Shown here piece by piece: positions 38,986 to 50,085 of a stretch of 64,000 nucleotides of DNA; position 1 is the stretch's first letter, and each line of letters starts with the position of its first letter. The translations under genes and the position numbers were made by a program. Source of the DNA: Paraphysomonas bandaiensis. Taxonomy: Eukaryota > Protista > Chrysophyceae. The DNA is taken from positions 99,324 through 163,323 of the forward strand of contig CBFFRP010000076.1 of the NCBI GenBank assembly GCA_965644295.1, in the 5' to 3' direction. Below the pieces are notes generated by a model, which was not told the origin of the DNA, did no database searches, and saw only the letters and a list, made by a program, of their open reading frames with translations.

Positions 38986-39968
38986 ATTACCATCGTTTGG
39001 CTCTATCAAACAGGAATATCGACACCACGATGTGGGTTTTTGACAAAAGGTTCATATTCAAAAGCTGGTACACTATGATCTTGTGCAATCGAACGGTGAT
39101 TTAGACAATGCTTGCTTCCACACCGACACTTCTTGTCTTTCGTATAACCGAAGCTTTTTTCCAAAGCATTTCCATAATTAGTTAATGAGTCACGACATTC
39201 ACTCGCCCTGTTGAGTTATGACATTCCAGTTGTTCTGATATGGAAACAGATGAGTTGTGTGAATGAATGAGATATATTATTCAACCTAGTCAATTTGGTT
39301 GAATTTCCTAGTCATACTATTTTCGGTGTAAAAACCTAGTCAAAGCAATAAATGACTCAAACTAACCAATTATCGTATTAAACCTAGTCATGAATTGTAC
39401 TCGCATATAGCTACGCTTTACAGGCCTATAGCTACACATTACAGGCATATAGCTACGCATTACAGAAGCATGAGGTCATAGCAGGTGACGTAGAACCAAT
39501 GCAACATACATAAGGTCAAAACAAAAGAGCAGTATATAGCAGCATAGGCAGGACTCCATCGATCTCTCCAATGCTGAAGTAGGCTGGTAGATCATTACTT
39601 CTCTCAACACTTATCAGGCCTGCAAGGAAACACGGCCGGCCTCGCAATGCAGCTAGGGCTCTAATCAACGATGAATCCGTAGATGTCATGGCCCTTAGGC
39701 CAAGGGACTGGAAGAACACGTACGTACGACACGCGCAGTACCTGAATGGTATGTGCGTGGATTACCGCGTTGTACCAAACCACAGAAATGAAAAAATTCT
39801 TCGCTGGCAGTGTCGGTTTTCTGATGCTCCTGATCACATCCTGACTCATCCGAAGATTGTGGGGTTCGATGCCCATGAAATGAAGATTGCTGTGGAGCTA
39901 CACCGGACTTGGTCATCAGAAACAGCCCAATTTTCATTCGACTGTGACGACAAAGTGTGAGGCATATA

Positions 39969-42900
39969 TATTAGAATATGGATCTTATTCTAGTATATTC
40001 AGTATGTCACTTCAAGACAATGTACGAGAATACAGTGAAATATAGTGATGTACAAATGCTGTGATGATATTGAGAAACTGAAATAGTTTGATCGTTCAAG
40101 ATATGTTCAGTAACGAGAGGTTCGCATATGTAGGATATTATGCAGGGATTATAATGAGTTAGTGTTGGTTATCACAACTTCGTGTAAACGATACTAATAA
40201 ATCTATCTAGTCTTACGACAAATTCTCTCTGTGATCTAGTGTAAAATGAGCGTTTCTCAACATGGTAGCGAGCGAGGAGGAGAGAAGGAGGATAGAGGAG
40301 TAGTGCCACAGTTTAATGAGAGCAATGTTGAACAATGGATTGAAGACTTCGAAACGTTCCTCATGAGGAAAGAGCAAAGTGAAGTAGCTGTGGAGCCACC
40401 ACCGAAGGAGAGCGACTTCGGGGAACAGCCACTCACGTTAATGAAGGAGAAGTCTTACAGACAGGCTGTGAAGAAGTACTGGAAGGCGAATGCCATAGCG
40501 TATTCGTACTGCAGAGAGGCAGTGCAATCATCTTCGAAGGCGCTTCAGAAATTCCATCTTCTACATAAAGGGTTCAAGGCTGATGGAAGTGGAAGCAACA
40601 GGTTTAAGGCGCATATTATGATTGATGAGTTGAAGAAGTGCTTTGCTGGAGGGAAGCAAAACAAGATCAGTGAGCTGTTGACTCAGTATGGCTCTTTCCG
40701 TATGCGTCCGGAGGAGACTGCGAAGGACTATATAATACGGTTTGAAATACTGCTGAAAGAGCTACAGGAGCAGCAGCAGGACATATCGGAGCTCTCAAAA
40801 ATAACACGGTTACGAGAAGGTCTGTTGAATGAAGAATATGCTCCTCTGAATGTTGCTTTGTATTTGATGCCTGATGATGTTGATTATGCAACATTATCAA
40901 GGAAGATAGAACGGTATGATGATACCATTCCTGGAAGGATTGCGTTAGAGCGGAAACGCAAGAAGGTGGAGGAGCTGAACTTCATTGAAAAGAGCAAACG
41001 GTCTCGAACGGAACGGGATAAGCGTAAGAAGGGCAACTGTAGATATTGCAGGAAAGAAGGAATTCCTCATAGCCATTCAACTGAACAGTGCAGGAGGAAG
41101 CAGAGGAAGAAGGATGGAGAGATATCAGGGCAGCGTCCTGGAAGTGCTGAATACACGGGATGCAGAAATTGCAAGTCTCTGGAACATCTTGCTGCTGATT
41201 GTCCAACGACGAAGAAAAAGCATTCTAGAAGAGGAGAGAAAGGGAAGAATCATGGTAGGAAGCCGGACAAAAGGCTGCTGACAGTAGAGAATATACGGCG
41301 TGGAGAACCAGCAGATTTCTCTGATGAAGATGAAGCAAATATGATCGAGGATGTTATGAAATTGTCATGCAATATACATGAAACGAATATATGTAGTGTA
41401 AATGATGACATGCATTATACATATATTGACACCTGCTGTTCATCATCAATGTTCTTGATGAATGATGTGACCATGCTTGACACTCATATGAATACATCAA
41501 AGGTGATAAACGGCTCTAAGAAGGGATCAGAGATTCATATCACAAGTGTGGGTTCCCGTGGAGCATGGAGAGACATAGAAATTTCAGATCAGATCAATCG
41601 ATGCCTGTGCTCCGGACGTAAGCTGAACGAAATGGGCTATCGATTCACGGTGTGGTATGGGATCCAAATTTATGACTGTAATACTGGTGAACTGGTACTG
41701 GAGGGACCCATGAAGAATGGAATGACTGCAGTTCCAACTCAGCAGCTGTTGGAGCTTCCAGATGTGTCTACACCGAGTAATTGTGAAGTAAATCTTAGCG
41801 ATAGGACTGGTGAGGACGAGCTGGAGTTGCTGCATCGGAGAGCGGGTCACTTCAACAAACATGCGTTAGTGGAGGCACATAAGAGGATGCTCATCATGGG
41901 TACAGGGTTGAAACGGAAACACCTCACAGCCAAGGTACACAAAAATCAGTGTTTGTGTGATGTGTGTGCCAGGTCTAAGATAACCCGAGTCAGCTTCCGA
42001 ACGAAGGACGAGAATTCCGTTAGACCGAATTTTTCAGCAGATATCGCTGTGTACTTAAATTGTCCTGCTAGAGGAGGTGAGAGGTATGTGTTAAAGATAA
42101 CGCATCATGCCAGCAAAATGTTCTGGGCGACGGGTTTAGTCCACAGAACTGGGGAAGCGGTCTTAGAAGTCTTCAAAGAGCTATTTAGAGGAGATGTTAG
42201 AAGGTACAAGCTCAAGATGGAGCACTATCATGCCGATGGTGCAGGAGAATTAATCAGTGAGGAGCTGCGTCAGTATCTTAGGACACAGGAGTGCTATCAA
42301 CATACGTGGAGCTCAACAGACTCTCCAGAAATGAATGCCATAGAGGAGAGGAAGTTCAGAACTGCTGGAGAGATGACTCTTGCAATGCTAATCCAATCTG
42401 GACTGCCACCGCAATTTTGGCTGGATGCATACATGGCAGCCAGATATATTTTGATTCGATTGCCAACGAAAACAGATAAAGGGTATATGTCTCCTATAGA
42501 GTTTCTAACGGGCGAGCCTCCAAATTTGAGATATCTTAGGGTATGGGGGTGTCGAACTTATGTTCTTTCACCGAAGGCGGATCGACGAAAGGATTGGGAG
42601 GATAAGGCTCTAGTTGGATATTTAATGGGTTACTCTGATGAGAAGGTAGGATACCATGTATATCTTCCTGAATCAAACAAGGTGGTGACTACAGTCCATA
42701 TATTGACTGATGAGTCAACGCCATCACGATCAGAGAAGTATTTCGCAGAGATTGATGCTCTTCGAGTGCGGGAGGCCGCTAGACCCAAGCTTGCATCCGA
42801 CTATGTCAGCTTAGAAGGAACGTATCATATTGATGATGAGGACGGACTTCTGTATAAGACAACAAGAGTTGTAGAACGTAAGGGTGTGATTGTAGCATAC

Positions 42901-45476
42901 CGTTCACTTGTTACTGCAGGTCGCGAGCATATAGAGCACCGGGTGCCTATACACGTCGAAGACGTGGTGCGTATGACTGCAGAAACCCCCGGGAATACCG
43001 GGTACATAGGAAAGGGGGACGCCCTGAGTACTACGCCAGCCAGGGAGCTGGACCAGGGAAGACCTGGAGGGTTCCAGGAGAGTCCTGACCCAACCTGTCA
43101 ACAGACAGTCGTGAGGTTGCAGACCTCGACAGACCATGGGTCTGGGGATGCGAGCGGGGCTCCTCCCACACCGCAAGATTTGCGGGCTCAGGATGAGCAA
43201 GGTATGGGTTCGTATATATCTACTAGACGACCTATTGAACTAGATGGTGATGGTCGTGTACGGCGGAAACGGCTACAGCGTAGGTTGGCGAACGCATCGG
43301 TGTTAGGAGAAATAAATATGGTTGAGGTGCCAGATGCATGCACTGTTAACTTTAAACATGCAGAGTTTCAACATGATGACTTTAAGATACCAGACTCCTA
43401 TGCTGAAGCAGAGAGATCTCCACAGTACATGAAGTGGAGAGAAGCTCGGAAGGTGGAGAAGACCTCACTACTGAAGAGACGTGTCTTAAAGATTGTGCGG
43501 ACTCCACGAGGAGTGAAGTTGGTGCGAGCAAAGTATGTTCACACGGTGAAGAGAGACCTTCTGGGGAATGTAGTCAAGTATAAGGCGCGGCTGGTTGCAT
43601 TAGGGAATCTACAAGAAAAAACGGAGGAGGAGCAGTCCACGTTTGCTCCAGTGGTCAAAGGAATAACCATTCGACTGGTGCTTGCAATTGCCTTTATGTT
43701 TCATATGCATGTACATCAGTTGGACGTATCATCAGCGTTTTGTTATGCCGATCTTGAAGAGGATGTTTATATGGCACCTCCACCTGATGAAGAGTTGCCA
43801 GCGGGGTGGTGTTTTCAATTGATCAAGGCCTTATATGGTTTGCGGTCATCACCGAGGCAGTGGAACAAGCATATTGACAAGTTCATCAAATCGTTACATT
43901 TTACTGCTTGCATTTTAGATACATGCTTGTATATGCGATGGAGTAATGGTCAATTGCACTTATTGCTGATATATGTTGATGATATTATCATTGCATCTGC
44001 TGATCTCACCTACTTAGAAAGTGTTAAACGTAGGTTCTGCGAAACGTTTGAAATGCACGATCTGGGTGTGTGCAAACGGTTTCTGAATATCAGAATCACG
44101 AGAGGCGAGGACTGGTACATGTTAGATCAATCGGAATATGCCAAGAATATTGTAAAGAAATTCAGTTCGTTTATGGGAAAGAGCAGTAAGAATAAGGAGA
44201 CTCCACTACCTACCAATGTTCAGGATTTGTTGGCAGAGCAACGTGAGCTGACGGAGGAGCAGAAGCAGTGGGTCGAATCATTTCCGTATAGAGGAATTAT
44301 TGGAGCGGTGTTGCATTTGGCGATTCACACTAGACCTGATCTGGCTTACGCTGTGGGGTTATTGGCTCGATTTAGAAATTCTCCAACATATGCGACTTGC
44401 AGATTAGCTATTCATTTGTTGAAATATTTACGTGGTACAGTTGATAAGGGAATCAGATTCAGTGGGAGTGAGTTTGATTTACATGTATTCAGTGATTCAG
44501 ACTGGGCTGGTGATAGGATGACTAGGCGGTCCACAACGGGATACATCGTGCTTTTATGTGCGGGCGCTTTGGCCTGGCAGTCCAAGCTTCAGACCACAGT
44601 TGCGACTTCGAGCATGGAATCTGAGTATATGGCGGAGTATGCGGCTTTGCAAGAACTGGTGTGGCTTCGGGGGGTGTTCAAGGAGCTCGGACTCTTGGTA
44701 GCGAAGCCGACTCCATTCTTTATGGATAGTAAGAGTGCAAAGGATCTTTCAGAGAATCCAGTGTACCATAAGAGGTCGAAGCATATTGACATCAAGTATC
44801 ACTGGATAAGAGAACATGTTAATGGAAAATTTCCTACAGCAAAGTTGATTCATGTATCTACGGATGATATGGCGGCCGATATTTTTACAAAGGCGTTGTC
44901 CACGAAGATCTTCAGCCGTCATGAGAAAACGATTACCGGGGTTAAGAGGAGTGTGTCTAACAGTGTGGAGGAGCAGCAGAAGAAACGACCCCGAAGAGGT
45001 TAAAGGTGTGTTTTAGTGGGTGAAAATCCCACATAACTGTATATCTAGTTGACTGCTAGATATATATGTATCTTTAAAAGATTTCACATCTGTTTTTACC
45101 TATGGGACTAGATAGTCATAGCATTATCAGATTATTGTGATCACTGCTGTTTTATCTCACTGCATTCTACATTGAGTGGGAGTATTAGAATATGGATCTT
45201 ATTCTAGTATATTCAGTATGTCACTTCAAGACAATGTACGAGAATACAGTGAAATATAGTGATGTACAAATGCTGTGATGATATTGAGAAACTGAAATAG
45301 TTTGATCGTTCAAGATATGTTCAGTAACGAGAGGTTCGCATATGTAGGATATTATGCAGGGATTATAATGAGTTAGTGTTGGTTATCACAACTTCGTGTA
45401 AACGATACTAATAAATCTATCTAGTCTTACGACAAATTCTCTCTGTGATCTAGTGTAAAATGAGCGTTTCTCAACA
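39969..45476 (+). mobile_element. Intact Ty1/Copia LTR retrotransposon
   Basis: 294-bp LTRs 39969-40262 and 45183-45476 (TA...CA, no differences seen); 5-bp TSD ATATA; PBS TGGTAGCGAGC; purine tract GAGTGGGAG. Confidence 0.97.
40246..45003 (+). CDS. Copia Gag-Pol polyprotein, 1585 aa
   Basis: CRNCKSLEHLAADC knuckle, YIDTCCS protease, LHRRAGH..CDVC, integrase core, YKARLVALG / LDVSSAF / YVDD RT, SDSDWAGD..ADIFTK RNaseH; domain order IN-RT-RH. Confidence 0.98.
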   Translation: MSVSQHGSERGGEKEDRGVVPQFNESNVEQWIEDFETFLMRKEQSEVAVEPPPKESDFGEQPLTLMKEKSYRQAVKKYWKANAIAYSYCREAVQSSSKALQKFHLLHKGFKADGSGSNRFKAHIMIDELKKCFAGGKQNKISELLTQYGSFRMRPEETAKDYIIRFEILLKELQEQQQDISELSKITRLREGLLNEEYAPLNVALYLMPDDVDYATLSRKIERYDDTIPGRIALERKRKKVEELNFIEKSKRSRTERDKRKKGNCRYCRKEGIPHSHSTEQCRRKQRKKDGEISGQRPGSAEYTGCRNCKSLEHLAADCPTTKKKHSRRGEKGKNHGRKPDKRLLTVENIRRGEPADFSDEDEANMIEDVMKLSCNIHETNICSVNDDMHYTYIDTCCSSSMFLMNDVTMLDTHMNTSKVINGSKKGSEIHITSVGSRGAWRDIEISDQINRCLCSGRKLNEMGYRFTVWYGIQIYDCNTGELVLEGPMKNGMTAVPTQQLLELPDVSTPSNCEVNLSDRTGEDELELLHRRAGHFNKHALVEAHKRMLIMGTGLKRKHLTAKVHKNQCLCDVCARSKITRVSFRTKDENSVRPNFSADIAVYLNCPARGGERYVLKITHHASKMFWATGLVHRTGEAVLEVFKELFRGDVRRYKLKMEHYHADGAGELISEELRQYLRTQECYQHTWSSTDSPEMNAIEERKFRTAGEMTLAMLIQSGLPPQFWLDAYMAARYILIRLPTKTDKGYMSPIEFLTGEPPNLRYLRVWGCRTYVLSPKADRRKDWEDKALVGYLMGYSDEKVGYHVYLPESNKVVTTVHILTDESTPSRSEKYFAEIDALRVREAARPKLASDYVSLEGTYHIDDEDGLLYKTTRVVERKGVIVAYRSLVTAGREHIEHRVPIHVEDVVRMTAETPGNTGYIGKGDALSTTPARELDQGRPGGFQESPDPTCQQTVVRLQTSTDHGSGDASGAPPTPQDLRAQDEQGMGSYISTRRPIELDGDGRVRRKRLQRRLANASVLGEINMVEVPDACTVNFKHAEFQHDDFKIPDSYAEAERSPQYMKWREARKVEKTSLLKRRVLKIVRTPRGVKLVRAKYVHTVKRDLLGNVVKYKARLVALGNLQEKTEEEQSTFAPVVKGITIRLVLAIAFMFHMHVHQLDVSSAFCYADLEEDVYMAPPPDEELPAGWCFQLIKALYGLRSSPRQWNKHIDKFIKSLHFTACILDTCLYMRWSNGQLHLLLIYVDDIIIASADLTYLESVKRRFCETFEMHDLGVCKRFLNIRITRGEDWYMLDQSEYAKNIVKKFSSFMGKSSKNKETPLPTNVQDLLAEQRELTEEQKQWVESFPYRGIIGAVLHLAIHTRPDLAYAVGLLARFRNSPTYATCRLAIHLLKYLRGTVDKGIRFSGSEFDLHVFSDSDWAGDRMTRRSTTGYIVLLCAGALAWQSKLQTTVATSSMESEYMAEYAALQELVWLRGVFKELGLLVAKPTPFFMDSKSAKDLSENPVYHKRSKHIDIKYHWIREHVNGKFPTAKLIHVSTDDMAADIFTKALSTKIFSRHEKTITGVKRSVSNSVEEQQKKRPRRG

Positions 45477-45741
45477 ATATAGCATTTGAATTTTTGAATT
45501 TATGGCTACAGTATGCTCCCCTGTTTGACTAGGTGAATACCCACTTCCACCTAGTCATTGTAATGATAAAAATCTAATTATTTAATGACTAGCTTTTTCT
45601 ACCTTTTGACTAGGCTTTTACACCAATTTTGGTGTGACTAGGAAATTCCACTAAATTGACTAGGTCGAAAAATAGATCCCCTTTTATTACAGAATCACTA
45701 ACTCGTACTTGTGAAAAATAAATTGGAAAAGTAATTAATTC

Positions 45742-46664
45742 CTATTTCATCATGGCCTCTAGAAAATCTCCATCTAGCCACTCTTGGTAAATTTTTTCAC
45801 TAGTTTGTTCTTCATTTTTAATTTTCCCCTGTAACGTATCAACGCAAAAACCAGGGGTTCCCGCCAAGCGAACCTTTTCTGAGTAGGATATTCCGGCAAA
45901 GTATTTTGATATTTCACTATCTGTCCATTGCAAATCACGAGGTTTCTGAAGTAACCTAATTTTCTTCCCTCCATTCAAGCTAAGAATGTCTTTTGCCAAG
46001 TGGGGATTGGTCACACATAGCAACACACAATACGAATTGTGCTTGACTGAATCTTCTGCCAATCGCTTGATGAATTTTAAGACCGAAGTCAAGTTAGAAT
46101 GCTCGCAAACATTATCAAATTGGTCAAAAAGAATTACGACCCGTTTACCACGTTGAAAGTAAAGCGACAGAATTTGATCATACCAAGAATCATCAGGTTC
46201 GTTGCAAGGAATAACAGAAGATATCTTGTCGTTGCAATCCATCAAATTGTCAACACCCAAAGCTGTGTTAATCCACTGCACACCACCATCCCCTCCAACT
46301 TCTGCAAAGGTTGAATCATTCACCTGAACTAGTCCACCAATTTTAGTCTTCGACAGCAATTCGTTGCATGCTCGAATGGCATAAGATGATTTCCCGCTGT
46401 CGGGCGGTCCCCATAACACTAGAACACCAGGACCGTTCTGGATTTGCGTGTAAATATTGCCTATAGTTCTGGGATTTTCGACATAAACTGGAAATACGGC
46501 AGGCGTCTTTAGTCTGTCGTTATACAGTCTTGCGACCGTCTAAATTTTAGAAATTTTCGCAAAGTTGAAAATAAATTAAAATAATACAAGACTCCTCCGC
46601 CAACAGCCAAGACAGCCATGTACTTCCCCGACCTCGCAACAATCGATGGCAAACTATCAAGCAT
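45742..46664 (-). CDS. P-loop NTPase with a short hydrophobic N-terminal exon
   Basis: Walker A GPPDSGKS, Walker B VVILFDQFD; probable intron ~46539-46591; start tentative. Confidence 0.65.
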
Positions 46665-47525
46665 ATTCGTCACTTCCAGTTTTATTTTTGTCTATAATTT
46701 TTTCAAGGCGCTCCAAAACCTGATCAATAAAAGGCGACAGTATTGAGTACATTTTTGTTCACACACAGCTGAAGTGAAGTGAAGTGAAGTGTTTATAGCA
46801 TGGCAGTGAAGTGAAGGTGTCTGGAAGGGTATATTGTTCGTTGTTGGAGCCGACTTCTTCTTTTTAAATAGTGTCCAAAGTGTGCGTGTTGTTTGCGTGT
46901 TACTGTATATGGAGGAAAATACAGTACAGTAGTGTCGTAGTACTGCGCGCGACATGAGATGCATATTTTTGTTACGTACGACCTTTGAGATCAACTAGCA
47001 CTGGAATGCCATTAACACAGAAATACAGAGAATTCTACGTATCTGCATGCATTATGATTTTGAGGGCAGGATGCATGTCATATCTAGATATCATATGCTG
47101 GGAATAAGAGTGATTAGTGATTAGCCTACAAGCTGTTACTCTGGCATACCAGGCTTCAGTATCAAGATAGATATCTGTATCCCTCTTCGGCGCTTTGATA
47201 TCATATTCATTCTTCTTCAGAGCATGATAAAGCATCAGCTGCAGTGCTGTGCTCATGAGGGACGTTAGTTGGTCATCTTCCCCATACACAAGACATCATA
47301 TCAAGGTAAATAGCGACCAAACTATTTATAACTGATATAATGATGATGTTCATTAATACAAATTCGCTATACAAAAGATATACTTCTATTCATTACATAT
47401 GATGACAACGGATACTTCTATTAAGCTCAATGTCCTCATTCTCCATCTTCGCCTTTTACTTGCTGGTTATTGTGCTCTTCACTTGAAGAATAGGGACGGT
47501 ATGTGCGAGCAGAGATGAAGAGGTA

Positions 47526-48525
47526 TCAGCCCACCCATCTCCCCTTGTAATGCCGTCGATGTGAATTCATTTGTGTCGTGTACTGACCCGATCCGAGGTC
47601 GGGGACATCGTATCTTATGTATTGTGAACGAGTCAAATCGAAGCGGATACTTCTATACTTGGACATAATTAAGGGCAATGCCGTATTGTTGATTAGATCG
47701 GTTTTTAAACTAGATGTGTAGGCAGTCGTTTGCATTGAGCCTTCCGAAAACACGACCATTCCATCTCCATGTAAAAGGCCAATTCCGTCCGAAGTGATCA
47801 CATTCGAGTTGATTATCAAATACCGGTCGCAATTTGGTGTCGTGTGCGATTCTGTACATCCGCAATATCACTTTCCAGGTTGGTTTTTATTTCTTTGCTA
47901 TATGCTGTCGACTGAATACTCCATCAAAAATTGTAAGTTTACTATCGGCGTTCAAAAGTCTTATTCCGTCTTGCGATGTAACATGCAAACTATTACATCC
48001 GACCGGACACGTGAATGTCGCTGTACTCGCAACGACAGATTGATATGGCGTTCGAATTTGAACATTTGCGATGTCACCTTCGTAATTCACCAAGTCACTC
48101 TTTAGCTGATCTGTAAACGCGGTCCGCTGTACGGAATTGTCGTGGAACCGAATACAACTTGTGGCATCGGTGAGTTTCAATTCGGCCATACTCTTATCAA
48201 ATAAAAACCCATCGTGAATGTTCGGGTCACCCGTCGTCACAGCGGTGGACGTGTCGTCGGCGACCATGTGTCGCGTACGTTCATCAATTCCAACAATTTT
48301 GTCGACATCATCCCGATGTACTTGTGTAAATGCAACGGATTGAGAAGTGTCAATGTTGAAGTGAATGGATGGTATTGATATGGCGCCACTAAATCTAGCA
48401 TCACTAAGCTTAGCGTATTGGGTGAGAGAATGATCGAGTTCATCATCCTCGACCGATCCATTGCTTCGCCGATGGTAGTCGGCGTTATTATATCGTTCAG
48501 AATTTACTGGATTGTATTGTGCCAT
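47526..48525 (-). pseudogene. Broken virus-like fibre/structural gene
   Basis: Intronless, starts MAQYNPVNSERYNNADY; repeated F-x-D/E-x-S-x-Q-x-TA-F/Y-T motif (IRFHDNSVQRTAFT, VFSEGSMQTTAYT); frame break near 47890. Confidence 0.45.
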
Positions 48526-48695
48526 TGACTATTTAATAATTATTATTTAATAAAAAATGCCAATATTACTTAATACACTTGTGGGATCCGTCCCCGATAT
48601 AGTATATATTACCGCTAGTGGTCACACACGAAACATCAACTTTCGCTAACCCACCTGCCGCTTGAATTGTATACAAGGGGGGATTCGAAATAAAC

Positions 48696-49814
48696 CAGGG
48701 CCTGATAGCCATTAATGGTAATGCCATTATAATTGCCGGGACAATTTTAATTAATGCCATTATAATTGCGGGGAACTGGACTACCATTAATGGGCCATTA
48801 ATGGTATCCCATTAATGACCTGTACTGCTATATATCTGGCAAACCATGTTGACTTGGCTTGTGTGGTTGTCAAGAGATAGTCCATTTGTACCATGGAATG
48901 AGGCCGATAAGAAGCAGGGGGAGCAGAGCATGTACGAGGAGGCAGATTGCGATTACCTGTCCACGCTGGCCACGCTATAAATCGCTGTAACCGGAGAGAT
49001 CGGTGCACTAAGCGTGGGTGTGTACTAGGGTGGTAGTAGAGAGTAGGTTGCAGTGAGTGGTGCATGCGCATGATTTAACTGAGACAGTTAGGCAAGACGG
49101 GAATTGCAATGCCAAGCAATGGAGCTTGGAACGTGTACAATATGTTTGGACAAGAGTTTTGTCGGTAAGGTGGTGTGATACAAAATGCAGCTGTGCGTGC
49201 GGAGAAGAGGCCATACTGGGCCTGGGCCAGCCAATGTGACACAGTCACGGTCTCAACTGAGACATAGAGCGTGGTGCGAGATAAAAAGATGTAACTCTTT
49301 GTTGGGCTATATTTTCAACCAGATCAAGGGATTGAATGTGTTTTCCTATATGTTATTAGATCTGTAACCGCAGCATGAAGCACTTGCATGCCACAACCAA
49401 TATATGGTTGAGAGGTTGTGTTCAGTAGAGCTAAGATTGTTATAGAATATGCGCAAGAGCATGAGTCCTCGACACTTAAGAGCTACTAATGTTTTCACCC
49501 ATGAAACCGTCGCTTCTGGAATGAAATCACAGTTGAGGTGTAGTAGCTATATTGCTATGATATTGGCAGCTAATGTATTTTAGTACTAAAAAAATATATG
49601 CAATTAATTGCAATAATTGAAATTGAGACAGCAAGTAATAATTGCAATTATAATTGACTACAACCTGCGTCAATTAATTGATCATAAAATACCACCTTTT
49701 TATAATGAAAAGTTGATAAAAAACGGCATTTTGTTTGCAAAAGTCCAATTTTAAATATATAGTATAACCTGCGTCAATTAATTGATACGCAGCCCTGCTA
49801 GTTACCAGGCCATG
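48696..49814. mobile_element. Family C element with a nested family B right portion
   Basis: cagggcctgatagc ... gttaccaggccatg inverted ends; family B end gcagccctg at 49797. Confidence 0.6.
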
Positions 49815-50085
49815 CTCTACAGAATAAAGGATGGAAATATAGAGTGACACACTATGGCGAGTAAAATATCGGTCTTTATCGTGGCAGTAGGCTACGAATT
49901 TAAAATCGGAGACATAAATTCACCCTACTATAAACAGAACATATAGCGCACTTTTCATTCTCACAAAACCAGTATACGGTGGCTTTCACAACAACCGAAG
50001 CGCATCTTCCTTCTTTCCAAATACAAAATAACATGTAACTATCCCGTGACATACTTTACTAGACTATTTCATCACCTCAGTAATA

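Larger units (their letters stand above)
39270..45682. mobile_element. Long-TIR DNA element (CCTAGTCA-rich ends) hosting the Copia insertion
   Basis: Left end attcaacctagtcaatttggttgaatttcctagtca...ggtgtaaaaacctagtcaaa mirrors right end tttgactaggcttttacacc...tgactaggaaattccactaaattgactaggtcgaa; a related end at 36583-36640. Confidence 0.65.

Noticed and set aside
47035-47289. 84-aa ORF next to the virus-like relic
   Set aside because: No ATG start or recognisable domain; cannot be assigned
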